This document shows, one piece after another, positions 28,163-36,665 of a stretch of DNA of 64,000 nucleotides. Each line of letters begins with the position of its first letter. Position 1 is the first letter of the stretch. The stretch comes from an uncultured Oscillospiraceae bacterium (GTDB lineage: Bacteria; Bacillota; Clostridia; Oscillospirales; Oscillospiraceae): contig CANRHK010000001.1 of the NCBI GenBank assembly GCA_947630395.1, positions 2,708 through 66,707 on the forward strand, written 5' to 3'. The notes under the pieces were generated by a model. That model worked only from the letters and a program-made list of their open reading frames with translations, did no database searches and was not told the origin of the DNA. The position numbers and the translations under genes were made by a program.

Positions 28163-29437
28163 CTACTCATAACGGATATTCATATCCACATTTCCCTCGA
28201 CTCCGTCGATCTTTCCCTTGGAGGTGTGCTGCCACATCCGATAATACCCCTGGTACAGAGGAATGTCCCGATACTCCGCCAGCCAGATAAAGTAGCGGTC
28301 CAGCCGGTTCATATCCAGATTGTTGTTGTACCAGTTGCGGCTTGCGTAGATACCGGCCGTGTAACCAGCATTCTCAATGGTCCTGCAGAACGCCTCGCAG
28401 ACCAGGGTCCTGGTCTCCTTGTCCAACCCGTCGGCGCGGCCGTTCCCTCCGGCGCCCTCCGTGTCGATAAAGATGGGATAATTGACAGGGTACTCCCGCA
28501 CCAGCGCCAGCACCACAGACGCCTCCTCCACCGCCTCCACCTCGTTCGTGGCCTGCGTAAAGAAGTATACGCCCGTGTCGATACCGGCGTTTGCGGCGCC
28601 TCTCATATTCTCCGCAAAATAGGGGTCCTCCACCAGGCTTCCCGTGACGGAACCGCGATATCCCGCACGGACGATGGCAAAATCCACGCCCGCGTTTTTC
28701 ACCTTATCCCAGTCGATCTCTCCGTTCCACTTAGACACGTCGATTCCCACCGTCGCGTCCCCGCTCACGCTCTGAAGCCTTTGAAGCTCCGTCCGATCCG
28801 CGTCCGACCGCGCCTCCCGCACGCCGGAGTCCTCGGCCTGGGCGTCGATCTCATCCTCCGTCTTGATGAGGAGGGAGATGTCTTCGATCTCCAGGTATTC
28901 CACCTTGTCCTTCACCCTCACGCGGGTGGGGGTGACAGGCACCTTGTACCCCTCCAGGGGCTTCAGGTCCACAAAGTATTCCCCCGCGTCAAGCTCCCCT
29001 ATATAAATGATGCCGTCCTGATCCAGATCCTTATACTCTCCCAGGTCCTCCAGCTCCACGAAAAAGCTCTCGCCCGTCACGGGCCTGCCCTCGATATCGA
29101 CGATCTGTATGCGCAGATCCCGCTCCACGGAGGTGACGATCAGGGAGAGGCTGTTGCTCTGGTCCCTCGCCTCCTCCAAAACCGGATTGACCTCCTCGTC
29201 AAAAAAGCTCTCATCCCGCAAAAAGGCCGACAGATCATTGCCGATCTGACCGCCCTGGGCCGTGGGGAGCTCCTCTGTCAGGGCGTCTGTGGCCGCCGAT
29301 GTGCCGGCGGACGGCTTGGGCGATCCCCCGCCCTTTTGGTTCCTCGTGTCCGCATTGGTGTAAAATACTAACAGCGACACAATCAGAATCGCTGCCAGCG
29401 AGCCCAGGATAGCCAGGCGCCGCAGTTTCGCATCCAT
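28163..29437 (-). CDS. Membrane-anchored GH25 muramidase
   Basis: Signal anchor, an Ig-like middle domain, then GIDVSKWNGEIDWDKVKNAGVDFAIVRAGYRG...VYFFTQA...FIDTE, a GH25 lysozyme signature. Confidence 0.85.
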   Translation of the reverse strand: MDAKLRRLAILGSLAAILIVSLLVFYTNADTRNQKGGGSPKPSAGTSAATDALTEELPTAQGGQIGNDLSAFLRDESFFDEEVNPVLEEARDQSNSLSLIVTSVERDLRIQIVDIEGRPVTGESFFVELEDLGEYKDLDQDGIIYIGELDAGEYFVDLKPLEGYKVPVTPTRVRVKDKVEYLEIEDISLLIKTEDEIDAQAEDSGVREARSDADRTELQRLQSVSGDATVGIDVSKWNGEIDWDKVKNAGVDFAIVRAGYRGSVTGSLVEDPYFAENMRGAANAGIDTGVYFFTQATNEVEAVEEASVVLALVREYPVNYPIFIDTEGAGGNGRADGLDKETRTLVCEAFCRTIENAGYTAGIYASRNWYNNNLDMNRLDRYFIWLAEYRDIPLYQGYYRMWQHTSKGKIDGVEGNVDMNIRYE

Positions 29438-29484
29438 TTGATCTTCCTCTCTTGTCTCCCCGACAAATCCATTAAAATTCGGCG

Positions 29485-29512
29485 AATGGGAACGACATAC
29501 ATCGTTCCCATT
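29485..29512 (-). terminator. Strong hairpin downstream of rfbB (no clear U-tract)
   Basis: aatgggaacga-cataca-tcgttcccatt is an 11-bp perfect stem. Only a weak T-run follows on either strand. Confidence 0.35.
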
Positions 29513-29547
29513 TCCTGCGCCCTTAATGTACTTACCCTCTCAAACCA

Positions 29548-30633
29548 TTATCGCTTCTCATACATCTCTGCATAATATTTCTGATAGTCGCCGCTTGTGA
29601 CATTTTTCATCCACTCCTCATGCTCAAAGAACCAGGCGATCGTCTTGCGGATGCCCTCCTTAAACATGGTCTCGGGATACCAGCCGATCTCGGCCTTGAT
29701 CTTGTCCGGCGCGATCGCATATCTGCGGTCATGCCCCTTGCGGTCCTCCACATAGGTGATCAGATCCTCCGTCACCAGAGCCTTCCTGGGATCCCCCTCC
29801 GGCAGCATCTCCTGCAGGGTCTCCAGGATAATGTGTACAATCTCAATGTTCTGCTTTTCGTTGTGACCGCCGATATTGTAGGTTTCAAACAGCCGCCCCT
29901 GCTCCTGCACCATATCGATCGCCTTGGCATGGTCCTCCACAAACAGCCAGTCGCGGACGTTTTTGCCGTCCCCGTAAACGGGAAGCTTCTTGCCCTGAAG
30001 CGCATTGTTGATAATCAGGGGGATCAGCTTCTCGGGAAACTGGTAAGGCCCGTAGTTGTTGGAGCAGTTGGTGATGTTTGCCGGAAAACGATACGTGTCC
30101 ATGTACGCCTTCACCAGCATATCCGAGCTCGCCTTGCTGGCGGAATAAGGGCTGTGGGGATCGTAGGGCGTCGTCTCGTAGAAGAAAGCGTTGTCGTCAT
30201 CCGGCAGGGAGCCGTACACCTCGTCCGTGGAGACGTGCAGGAATTTCTTGCCCTCCCGAAAGCTTCCGTCGGGGAGCTCCCAGGCCGCCTTTGCGCAGTT
30301 CAGCATCACGGCGGTCCCCAGCACGTTGGTCTGTACAAACACCTCCGGATTGCGGATGCTCCGATCCACGTGGCTCTCCGCCGCAAAGTGCACCACCCGG
30401 TCAATGTCGTTCTCCGCAAAGATCCGCGCGATGGCCTCCTTGTCGCAGATATCCGCCTTCACAAAGGTATAGTTGTCCCGATCCTCCACATCCTTCAGAT
30501 TCTCCAGATTCCCCGCGTAGGTCAGGGCATCCACATTGATGATGCGGATCTCGTTGTCATATTTCCGAAACATGTAGTGAATGTAATTGGAGCCGATAAA
30601 ACCGGCGCCGCCCGTCACAAGATAAGTTCTCAT
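29548..30633 (-). CDS. rfbB: dTDP-glucose 4,6-dehydratase
   Basis: MRTYLVTGGAGFIGSNYIHYM, the YSASKASSD catalytic triad context, and 361 aa. The true ATG is at 30633 with TAGGAGAT upstream. The 5' part of the 574-aa track ORF is an out-of-context extension overlapping the neighbouring gene. Confidence 0.95.
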   Translation of the reverse strand: MRTYLVTGGAGFIGSNYIHYMFRKYDNEIRIINVDALTYAGNLENLKDVEDRDNYTFVKADICDKEAIARIFAENDIDRVVHFAAESHVDRSIRNPEVFVQTNVLGTAVMLNCAKAAWELPDGSFREGKKFLHVSTDEVYGSLPDDDNAFFYETTPYDPHSPYSASKASSDMLVKAYMDTYRFPANITNCSNNYGPYQFPEKLIPLIINNALQGKKLPVYGDGKNVRDWLFVEDHAKAIDMVQEQGRLFETYNIGGHNEKQNIEIVHIILETLQEMLPEGDPRKALVTEDLITYVEDRKGHDRRYAIAPDKIKAEIGWYPETMFKEGIRKTIAWFFEHEEWMKNVTSGDYQKYYAEMYEKR

Positions 30634-30658
30634 CGTCGTAAAATCTCCTATCGTTTCC

Positions 30659-30688
30659 AGTATAACACAAGCAGTCCTGTTCTGGCTA
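30659..30688 (-). promoter_or_regulatory. Candidate promoter for rfbB
   Basis: On the minus strand: TAGCCA (30688-30683), an 18-nt spacer, then TGtTATACT (-10 at 30664-30659). Confidence 0.35.
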
Positions 30689-30704
30689 TAAAAATCTTTT
30701 AAAA

Positions 30705-33368
30705 TCAGTACCCCAGATAGCTGATATTCATATCCACATCGCCGCTGATGCCGCTGACTCTGCCGGTGGCCTTGTACTGCCACAGATCGTACCTGCCCTT
30801 GTAGGTGGGCGACGCCGCATACTGTGCCAGCCATATCTTGTATGCGCTCAAGGCGCCGGGGTCCAGCTTTGAGTTCAGCCAGGTCTTGTTGGCGTAGATG
30901 CCCGCCGTGTAGCCGCCGCTCTGGATGGTCGCGCAGAACGCCTTGCAGACGGCCGTCCTCGTGGCCTTGTCGATCTTGTCCCCACGGCCCCCGCTGGGCT
31001 CCACATCCAGAAAGATCGGGTAGGATATCCGGTAGCCGCTGATCTGGCCCAGCACCATGGAGGCTTCCTCCACCGCTTCCACCTCGTCCACCGCCTGGGT
31101 AAAGAAGTATACCCCCACCTTCAGTCCGGCCGCCGTCGCCCCCTTGATGTTCGAGGCAAACTTGGGATCTTCGATCAGGGCTCCCTGGGAGGAGCCACGG
31201 TAGCCGCAGCGGATGATCACATAGGACACTCCGGAGTTTTTGACCGCGTTCCAGTCGATGGAGCCGTTCCATTTGGACACGTCGATCCCCATGGTGCCGG
31301 ATCCGGTGACCAGAGAGCCGTCGCTGGCAAAGTTGTACTTGGCGCCCTGGATGACCTGTTCGCCCGTCACCTTATTTCCGGTGGAATCAAAATAGTAAAC
31401 GCTTCCGTCTATGGTCTGCCAGCCGGTGTACTTCACTCCGTTGCTGATAAAGAAATGCTCCGCCGTATAGTAATCCGCATAGACCGCCGGACGATAGCCG
31501 TCGCCGTCCTGCACATAGAGCGGATTGCCCTGTGCGTCCTTGAGCGCGGTGCTCGTATCGTTTTTGGGATGCTTCTTCACGGTCACGGCACAGGCCGCTT
31601 TCTGCTCCGAGCCGTTCTGCACATAGCTCACCGTGATCGTAACGCTTCCCTCGCTCACCCCGTTCACCGTCACAGCGGTCCCGCTGACGGATGCCGTGGC
31701 GATCCCTTCGTCGGAGGACGACACACTCAGGGCGCCGTCGCCCGCGCCTTCGGCTCCCGTCACCGAAACGTTTAACGCAAGCGGCTCCGTCAGGTAGGCC
31801 GTCGCCGTGGTGCGGTCCAGCGCGACAGTGACATTGGAGGCGTTGCCTCCGCTGACCGCAGGCGCTGAGGTCAGCCTGCCCGCCGCCACCCTACGGAAGG
31901 CCCCGCTCTTTGCCAGTGTCAGAGGGTCCGGTATGGTGCTCTTGGACACCTCCGTATAGGTAGAGCTGCTCGACGTGCTCTCCACCCAGCCGACCGTGTC
32001 CTTCAGGGAGGACTCCACCGCCGTATCCTTCTTCTTGGTGTCCTCCTTGGCCACGTTGACCTCAGACTCCTTTTTTACCTCGTTGGACACGTCCACCTTC
32101 TTGTAGGCGATGTCCTTCTTGACCTCCACCTTCTGCGCAGCCGTCGGCAGGGTGTAGGACTCATATTTTGCGTCCGTCAGCGCCAGCATCGCCACCGAGT
32201 AACTGCCCGGCGTCAGTTCCTTCTGATAAATAATACCGTCCATGTCCTCGTCCGTCCAGGTGGAGCTGGCGCCGTTTCCGTCGGTCACCGTCACGCTGAA
32301 GGGCACGTTGGCGATCAGCTTTCCCGTGGCCTTGTTGATAAACTTGATCTTCAGATCCTTCAGGACGGACACCATCTCCAGGGCGACCGTGACTTCGCTG
32401 CCGTACTCCGCCTCGTTGTACCCGACCGGCTTTCTCTCCTCCGCCACCACGCTGGCCGCCGCGATTCCGGAACGTCTCTCATCCGCCATAGCCACAAGCC
32501 CATCCTCGCCTATGAGCCCCATGCCGTCCAGCTGGCTGCCCACAGTGACAAACTCGTCCATCTGACGGTCCAACACAGCCGCGGAGGCATACACGCTGCC
32601 CGTGACCAGGGCGAGCACCAGCACCGCCACCCCCGTGGAGGTGATGATGCGGTCCATAGCGCTCATATCCAGAAAGGCCTGCCACATAGCGGCGATCCGG
32701 TTTTGCTTCCTCGGCGCGCCGGAGCCCTTTCGTTTGGACACCGCTCCCCGGCGCTCCTCCCGCTCTGTAAAATAGCCGTCTTCTTCCTCGTAGCCTTCCT
32801 CCTCTGCCAGGTACTCGGCTTCTCCTTCGTAGCCTTCCTGTTCTGCCAGGAAGCCGCCTTCCTCATAGCTTTCTATCGCTTCCGGCTCCGAGGCGCTTTC
32901 TTCCCAGGTGCTCACTTCCTCGTAACCTTCCTCCTCTGACAGGTACTCGCCTTCTCCTTCATAGCTTTCCTCATAGCTTTCCTGTTCTGACAGGCAGCCG
33001 CTTTCTTCATAGCCTTCTATCGCTTCCGGTTCCGAGGCGCTTTCCTCCCAGGAACTCACTTCCTCGTAACCTTCCTCCTCTGACAGGTACTCGCCTTCTC
33101 CTTCGTAGTTTTCCTGTTCTGACAGGTACTCGGCTTCTCCTTCATAGTTTTCCTGTTCTGACAAAAAGCCGCCTTCCTCATAGCTTTCTATCGCTTCCGA
33201 TTCCGAGGCGCTTTCCTCCCAGGAACTCACTTCCTCGTAACCTTCCTCCTCTGACAGGTACTCGCCTTCTCCTTCATAGCCTTCCTCCTCTGACAGGTAC
33301 TCGGCTTCCTCCTCGTAGTCCTCCCAGTCCTTCTGCCTGTCACCCTTATGTCCGAATAGTTTCTTCAT
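30705..33368 (-). CDS. Large multidomain GH25 muramidase with acidic N-terminal repeat region
   Basis: About 220 aa of E/Y/G/S-rich tandem repeats come first, then a basic stretch and one TM helix. These are followed by Ig-like/Big-type domains, cell-wall-binding-type repeats (GWQTIDGSVYYFDSTGNKVTG) and a C-terminal GH25 domain (GIDVSKWNGSIDWNAVKNSGVSYVIIRCGYRG). The ATG is at 33368. Confidence 0.85.
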   Translation of the reverse strand: MKKLFGHKGDRQKDWEDYEEEAEYLSEEEGYEGEGEYLSEEEGYEEVSSWEESASESEAIESYEEGGFLSEQENYEGEAEYLSEQENYEGEGEYLSEEEGYEEVSSWEESASEPEAIEGYEESGCLSEQESYEESYEGEGEYLSEEEGYEEVSTWEESASEPEAIESYEEGGFLAEQEGYEGEAEYLAEEEGYEEEDGYFTEREERRGAVSKRKGSGAPRKQNRIAAMWQAFLDMSAMDRIITSTGVAVLVLALVTGSVYASAAVLDRQMDEFVTVGSQLDGMGLIGEDGLVAMADERRSGIAAASVVAEERKPVGYNEAEYGSEVTVALEMVSVLKDLKIKFINKATGKLIANVPFSVTVTDGNGASSTWTDEDMDGIIYQKELTPGSYSVAMLALTDAKYESYTLPTAAQKVEVKKDIAYKKVDVSNEVKKESEVNVAKEDTKKKDTAVESSLKDTVGWVESTSSSSTYTEVSKSTIPDPLTLAKSGAFRRVAAGRLTSAPAVSGGNASNVTVALDRTTATAYLTEPLALNVSVTGAEGAGDGALSVSSSDEGIATASVSGTAVTVNGVSEGSVTITVSYVQNGSEQKAACAVTVKKHPKNDTSTALKDAQGNPLYVQDGDGYRPAVYADYYTAEHFFISNGVKYTGWQTIDGSVYYFDSTGNKVTGEQVIQGAKYNFASDGSLVTGSGTMGIDVSKWNGSIDWNAVKNSGVSYVIIRCGYRGSSQGALIEDPKFASNIKGATAAGLKVGVYFFTQAVDEVEAVEEASMVLGQISGYRISYPIFLDVEPSGGRGDKIDKATRTAVCKAFCATIQSGGYTAGIYANKTWLNSKLDPGALSAYKIWLAQYAASPTYKGRYDLWQYKATGRVSGISGDVDMNISYLGY
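32790..33310 (-). repeat. Imperfect in-frame tandem repeats (units of about 141 and 171 bp, three copies) encoding the acidic region
   Basis: The core ...tagc[t/c]ttctatcgcttccg..tccgaggcgctttc.tcccagg..ctcacttcctcgtaaccttcctcctctgacaggtactcgccttctccttc recurs near 32869, 33010 and 33181. Confidence 0.8.
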
Positions 33369-33434
33369 TGCAAAACATCCCTTTCCACCGGTATCTTTGT
33401 CATAGGTGTCTTCATTTTTTAACAATTCCGTAAC

Positions 33435-33463
33435 ATTATAGCATTGTCGCCGTCCATCTTCAA
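33435..33463 (-). promoter_or_regulatory. Candidate promoter for the large GH25 gene
   Basis: On the minus strand: TTGAAG (33463-33458), a 17-nt spacer, then TATAAT (33440-33435). It sits in an AT-rich divergent intergenic region. Confidence 0.45.
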
Positions 33464-33627
33464 GTTTTTCCTGCGTTTCTTCATAATTTCTTAAATTTTT
33501 TTCATAATTATATGGGTAGACTTTCCGAAAGGATGATAGTAGAATAAAAAACAGCAGGAAATCATCAGGAAACCATTAAAAAACATCAGAAAAATAATGA
33601 AAATTTCATTGGGAGTTTTGTGACAAA

Positions 33628-34809
33628 ATGAGAGAAAATAAGAACAACAGCGGCAAGCTTATAGACAGGCCCGACGAGGTTCTCGGGCAGAAGCAGAACG
33701 CAGGACAGATACCTCAGATCGAATTGGTGGATCTGGAACAGGAGGATAGGGACAGCGGCGCTGTCGGAGAATCCGGAGAGGAATTTCCGGCCGATGACCG
33801 CGGCGGGAAGCCGAAGACCTCCCGGGGCCTTGTCCGCTTTCTGAACCTGCACACACTGCTTCTTTTGGTGGTGATCGTCTTTGTGGTCTGCATTTATGTG
33901 AAGTTTCGCAACTGGGGCGTATTCATCGATCAGGCCGACATCATTCCGGAGGAGCCCGGGGAATACCACGATGTGCTGGATATGGTCCTTCCCCTTATGA
34001 CGGAAACCGGCGAGCGGATTCCGACCGGCCCCGCGGAAAACATCATGCTTTTCGGAAACAGTCCCTTTGCCGACGACCGAGGGGAGGCGGACAATCTTGC
34101 CAGCCTCATTGCCGAAAAGACCGGCGCGACGGTCTACAACTGCTCCATCGGGGACAGCTATCTGGCGGCACAGAGCTACGCCTTCAATGCCGATGAGTAC
34201 CCCATGGACGCATACACCTTTTACTGGCTGGTGACCTACGGGCTTACGGGAGTCAATGAGAGATATTACACCGACGCGGCGGCAGCGCTCGGGGAAGATA
34301 CCCCCGAAGACGCGGAGGAAGTGCTCTCCATTTTGAAAAACGTCGATATGGCAGAGATGGATGTGATCGGCATCATGTACGACGCCACGGATTATCTGCT
34401 GGGGCATCCGATGTACAGCGACCAGAACTACACGGACACGCTGCAGTTTACCGGCAATCTGGAGGCCGGCATCGAGCTGATCCAGGCCAACTGCCCCAAC
34501 ACGCGCATTATCATTATGTCCCCCACCTACGCCTACGCGGTGACGGAGGACGGGGAGTATGTCAGCAGCGATATGTACATCTACGGGCAGGATGTCCTGT
34601 CCACCTACTCGCTCATGCAGATGCGCACCGCCTCCTTCCGCAGCGTCACCTACATTGACAACCTGTACGGCACCATCACGGAGGACAACGCGAAGCGATA
34701 CCTGATTGACAACCTGCATCTGAACACGGCCGGAAGAGAGCTGGTCGCAAACCGCTTCGTGGACGCAGTCAACGCGTATAACCAGCCCCTGGAAGAGGAA
34801 GAAGAATAA
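33628..34809 (+). CDS. Membrane-anchored SGNH/GDSL-like protein with divergent catalytic blocks
   Basis: One TM helix, then block I as LFGNSPF (GNS instead of GDS). Block III is YDATDY (no GxND) and block V is IDNLHLNTAGRELVANRF (DxxH retained). It is collinear with the canonical paralog at 45445-46296. This is the only complete plus-strand gene inside the glycan locus. Confidence 0.6.
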   Translation: MRENKNNSGKLIDRPDEVLGQKQNAGQIPQIELVDLEQEDRDSGAVGESGEEFPADDRGGKPKTSRGLVRFLNLHTLLLLVVIVFVVCIYVKFRNWGVFIDQADIIPEEPGEYHDVLDMVLPLMTETGERIPTGPAENIMLFGNSPFADDRGEADNLASLIAEKTGATVYNCSIGDSYLAAQSYAFNADEYPMDAYTFYWLVTYGLTGVNERYYTDAAAALGEDTPEDAEEVLSILKNVDMAEMDVIGIMYDATDYLLGHPMYSDQNYTDTLQFTGNLEAGIELIQANCPNTRIIIMSPTYAYAVTEDGEYVSSDMYIYGQDVLSTYSLMQMRTASFRSVTYIDNLYGTITEDNAKRYLIDNLHLNTAGRELVANRFVDAVNAYNQPLEEEEE

Positions 34810-34811
34810 GG

Positions 34812-35573
34812 CTACGGTACGGAAAGATCCGCGTCCGCATACCGATAGATCGTATATCCGTCCACATGATCGTACCTTTCATAGGAGCAGGCGGCCAGGC
34901 TGCCTGCTATCTTTTTGTCATCGGGCAGGATGATATAATGGCAGCCCCACTGTCTGGCAAGCGCCGTCAAAGCGGCGGCGTCGATCTCCTCCGCCTCCAT
35001 CTCCCCGTACAGCTCATTCCACACATTCCACCGATCCACCGTGATCTCTCTGCCGTAGGGCATACAGATGGTGCCGTCATACTGCCTTACATACTGCAAA
35101 AGCTCCTCCGGAAAGACCGCCATCACCTCTCTGCCTTCCACCCGTATGCTGTCGCAGATATCCACCACGCTCTGGGGCATGTGATACCAGTTTTCCGCCC
35201 GATGAAACAGAGGATTTTGATAGATGAAGCTTCCGGACACCAAAAGGATCACTGCCGCAGCTCCCGCAAAAAATAACTTCGCCCGCCCCTGCAGCTGCCC
35301 GTAGATCTTTGTCACCGCACAGGCGATGGTCACGGATACGGGCAGAAGCCAAAGGATGCGATAATAGATCTCCGTATCCGCCAGACGGAACACGATTCGG
35401 GCAATCAGCGGATTAAAAAAGAGCAAAAGCAGAATGACCGGCACATAGACAAACAGGATCCGGATATTTTTTCTCTTTTCCTCAAGCCACAAATAGACCA
35501 GGGAAAAAAAGTACCAGATCATTATCAGCCCATCCCCCATATAATTCTGAAACAAAGCGATCACATCCCGCAT
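34812..35573 (-). CDS. Membrane protein with soluble C-terminal domain; in frame with the upstream ORF across a single TGA
   Basis: Four to five TM helices followed by a soluble domain of about 130 aa. It has its own strong SD (AAAGGAGAG, 5 nt from ATG 35573). Confidence 0.6.
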   Translation of the reverse strand: MRDVIALFQNYMGDGLIMIWYFFSLVYLWLEEKRKNIRILFVYVPVILLLLFFNPLIARIVFRLADTEIYYRILWLLPVSVTIACAVTKIYGQLQGRAKLFFAGAAAVILLVSGSFIYQNPLFHRAENWYHMPQSVVDICDSIRVEGREVMAVFPEELLQYVRQYDGTICMPYGREITVDRWNVWNELYGEMEAEEIDAAALTALARQWGCHYIILPDDKKIAGSLAACSYERYDHVDGYTIYRYADADLSVP

Positions 35574-35597
35574 GGTTCTCTCCTTTCCCCCGATCCC

Positions 35598-36665
35598 TCA
35601 GGTCAGCAGCATGTACAGCGCCGTGCAGGCCGCGCACGGAACACAGCAGGCCGCCATCGGCAGCAAAAATTTCCACTGCCGGTAACAAACCGCGCCGCAG
35701 AGCGCGGCAATTCCCACAAGCATACAGCACAGCATGGATCCCATGGTGCTGCAGAGACAGCCGGACGTCATAGCCGACGCAAAGAGCACCCAGAAGCCGA
35801 TCGAAGCCTTGTGGCCGCTCTGCAGCCGTTCCAGCAGGACGAACAAAAGAAGAAACAGCACCGGTATGACGATGCTTCCCAGCGCCGCCTTCCCCTGGCG
35901 GCTCCTGGCGATCAAAAAATTCTCCACCGTATAGTGGGAGCTGTCTCCAAACAGCACCAAAAGCTCCGCGAACACCAGAAACAACGGCAGGCGTTCCCTG
36001 TTTCCGGCGCAGAGCTTCTGCCCCAACAGATAAAACGCCCCGTACGCCATAGCGATCATCGCGAGAGGAACCGCCACCTGGGCCACGCTCACGGAACGGA
36101 TCCCCGACATTCTGACAAGGAACGTGATCCAGACGGGAAACGGGGCCAGGCAATGCCTGAGATCCAGCTCGGAGGTATCTCCGGTGTAGGGCGACTTCCG
36201 GTACATGGTGCCGGCGTCGTCCGTGACGGTGGAGGTGGCCACATAAAAGGCATCGTCCGTGTCCGCGTAGGCCAGCCGCACCGCCTGCACCATCTGCAGG
36301 AGAAACAGCGCCCAGAACAGCGCCCACAAAAGCTTCGCGCCCCTGCCGCCCGCATCGGAGCGGTCCGAGACCACCCTGAGCGCTCCCCGACGCTTTCCGG
36401 CGAGCACCCAAAGGCGCGCCGCGGCCGCCGCCAGGCATACGCCCGTCGCAGCCAGATACACCCGCTGGAGCACCATATAATCCTTTTCCATCAGGATCAG
36501 GGGGACGCAGATCACCTGAAAGAGCGCCCAGAGGAAGATCTGCCCGCTTATCCAGGCAAAGGGAAGCCTGCCCGCCTTTTTATCCACCGCGCAAAACAGA
36601 CTGCCGACACCTGTCGGCACTGCCAGCAGCCAGACCGCCAGCAGAAAGCACTGTACTACTATCAT
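35598..36665 (-). CDS. Polytopic membrane protein, GT-C-like (acidic loop motif ADTDDAFYV)
   Basis: Ten or so TM helices. ATG 36665 overlaps the upstream stop as ATGA, with AAAGGAGAA upstream. The stop is TGA at 35600-35598. Confidence 0.6.
   Translation of the reverse strand: MIVVQCFLLAVWLLAVPTGVGSLFCAVDKKAGRLPFAWISGQIFLWALFQVICVPLILMEKDYMVLQRVYLAATGVCLAAAAARLWVLAGKRRGALRVVSDRSDAGGRGAKLLWALFWALFLLQMVQAVRLAYADTDDAFYVATSTVTDDAGTMYRKSPYTGDTSELDLRHCLAPFPVWITFLVRMSGIRSVSVAQVAVPLAMIAMAYGAFYLLGQKLCAGNRERLPLFLVFAELLVLFGDSSHYTVENFLIARSRQGKAALGSIVIPVLFLLLFVLLERLQSGHKASIGFWVLFASAMTSGCLCSTMGSMLCCMLVGIAALCGAVCYRQWKFLLPMAACCVPCAACTALYMLLT

Noticed and set aside
30634-31272. 5' extension of the rfbB ORF (574 aa in the track)
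   Set aside because: The extension overlaps the 3' end of the GH25 gene in another frame and has junk composition. The canonical MRTYLVTGGAGFIG start with an SD is at 30633.
33586-34719. 377-aa minus-strand ORF covering the SGNH-like gene
   Set aside because: Its translation is R/G/V/H-rich with no motifs, typical of the antisense frame of a GC-rich gene. The plus-strand ORF has a TM anchor and SGNH-like blocks collinear with a paralog.
35598-35600. Selenocysteine or recoded TGA at the in-frame stop between the two membrane ORFs
   Set aside because: There is no obvious SECIS-like hairpin immediately downstream. No Cys-containing redox context is present, and an independent SD-ATG follows 24 nt later.
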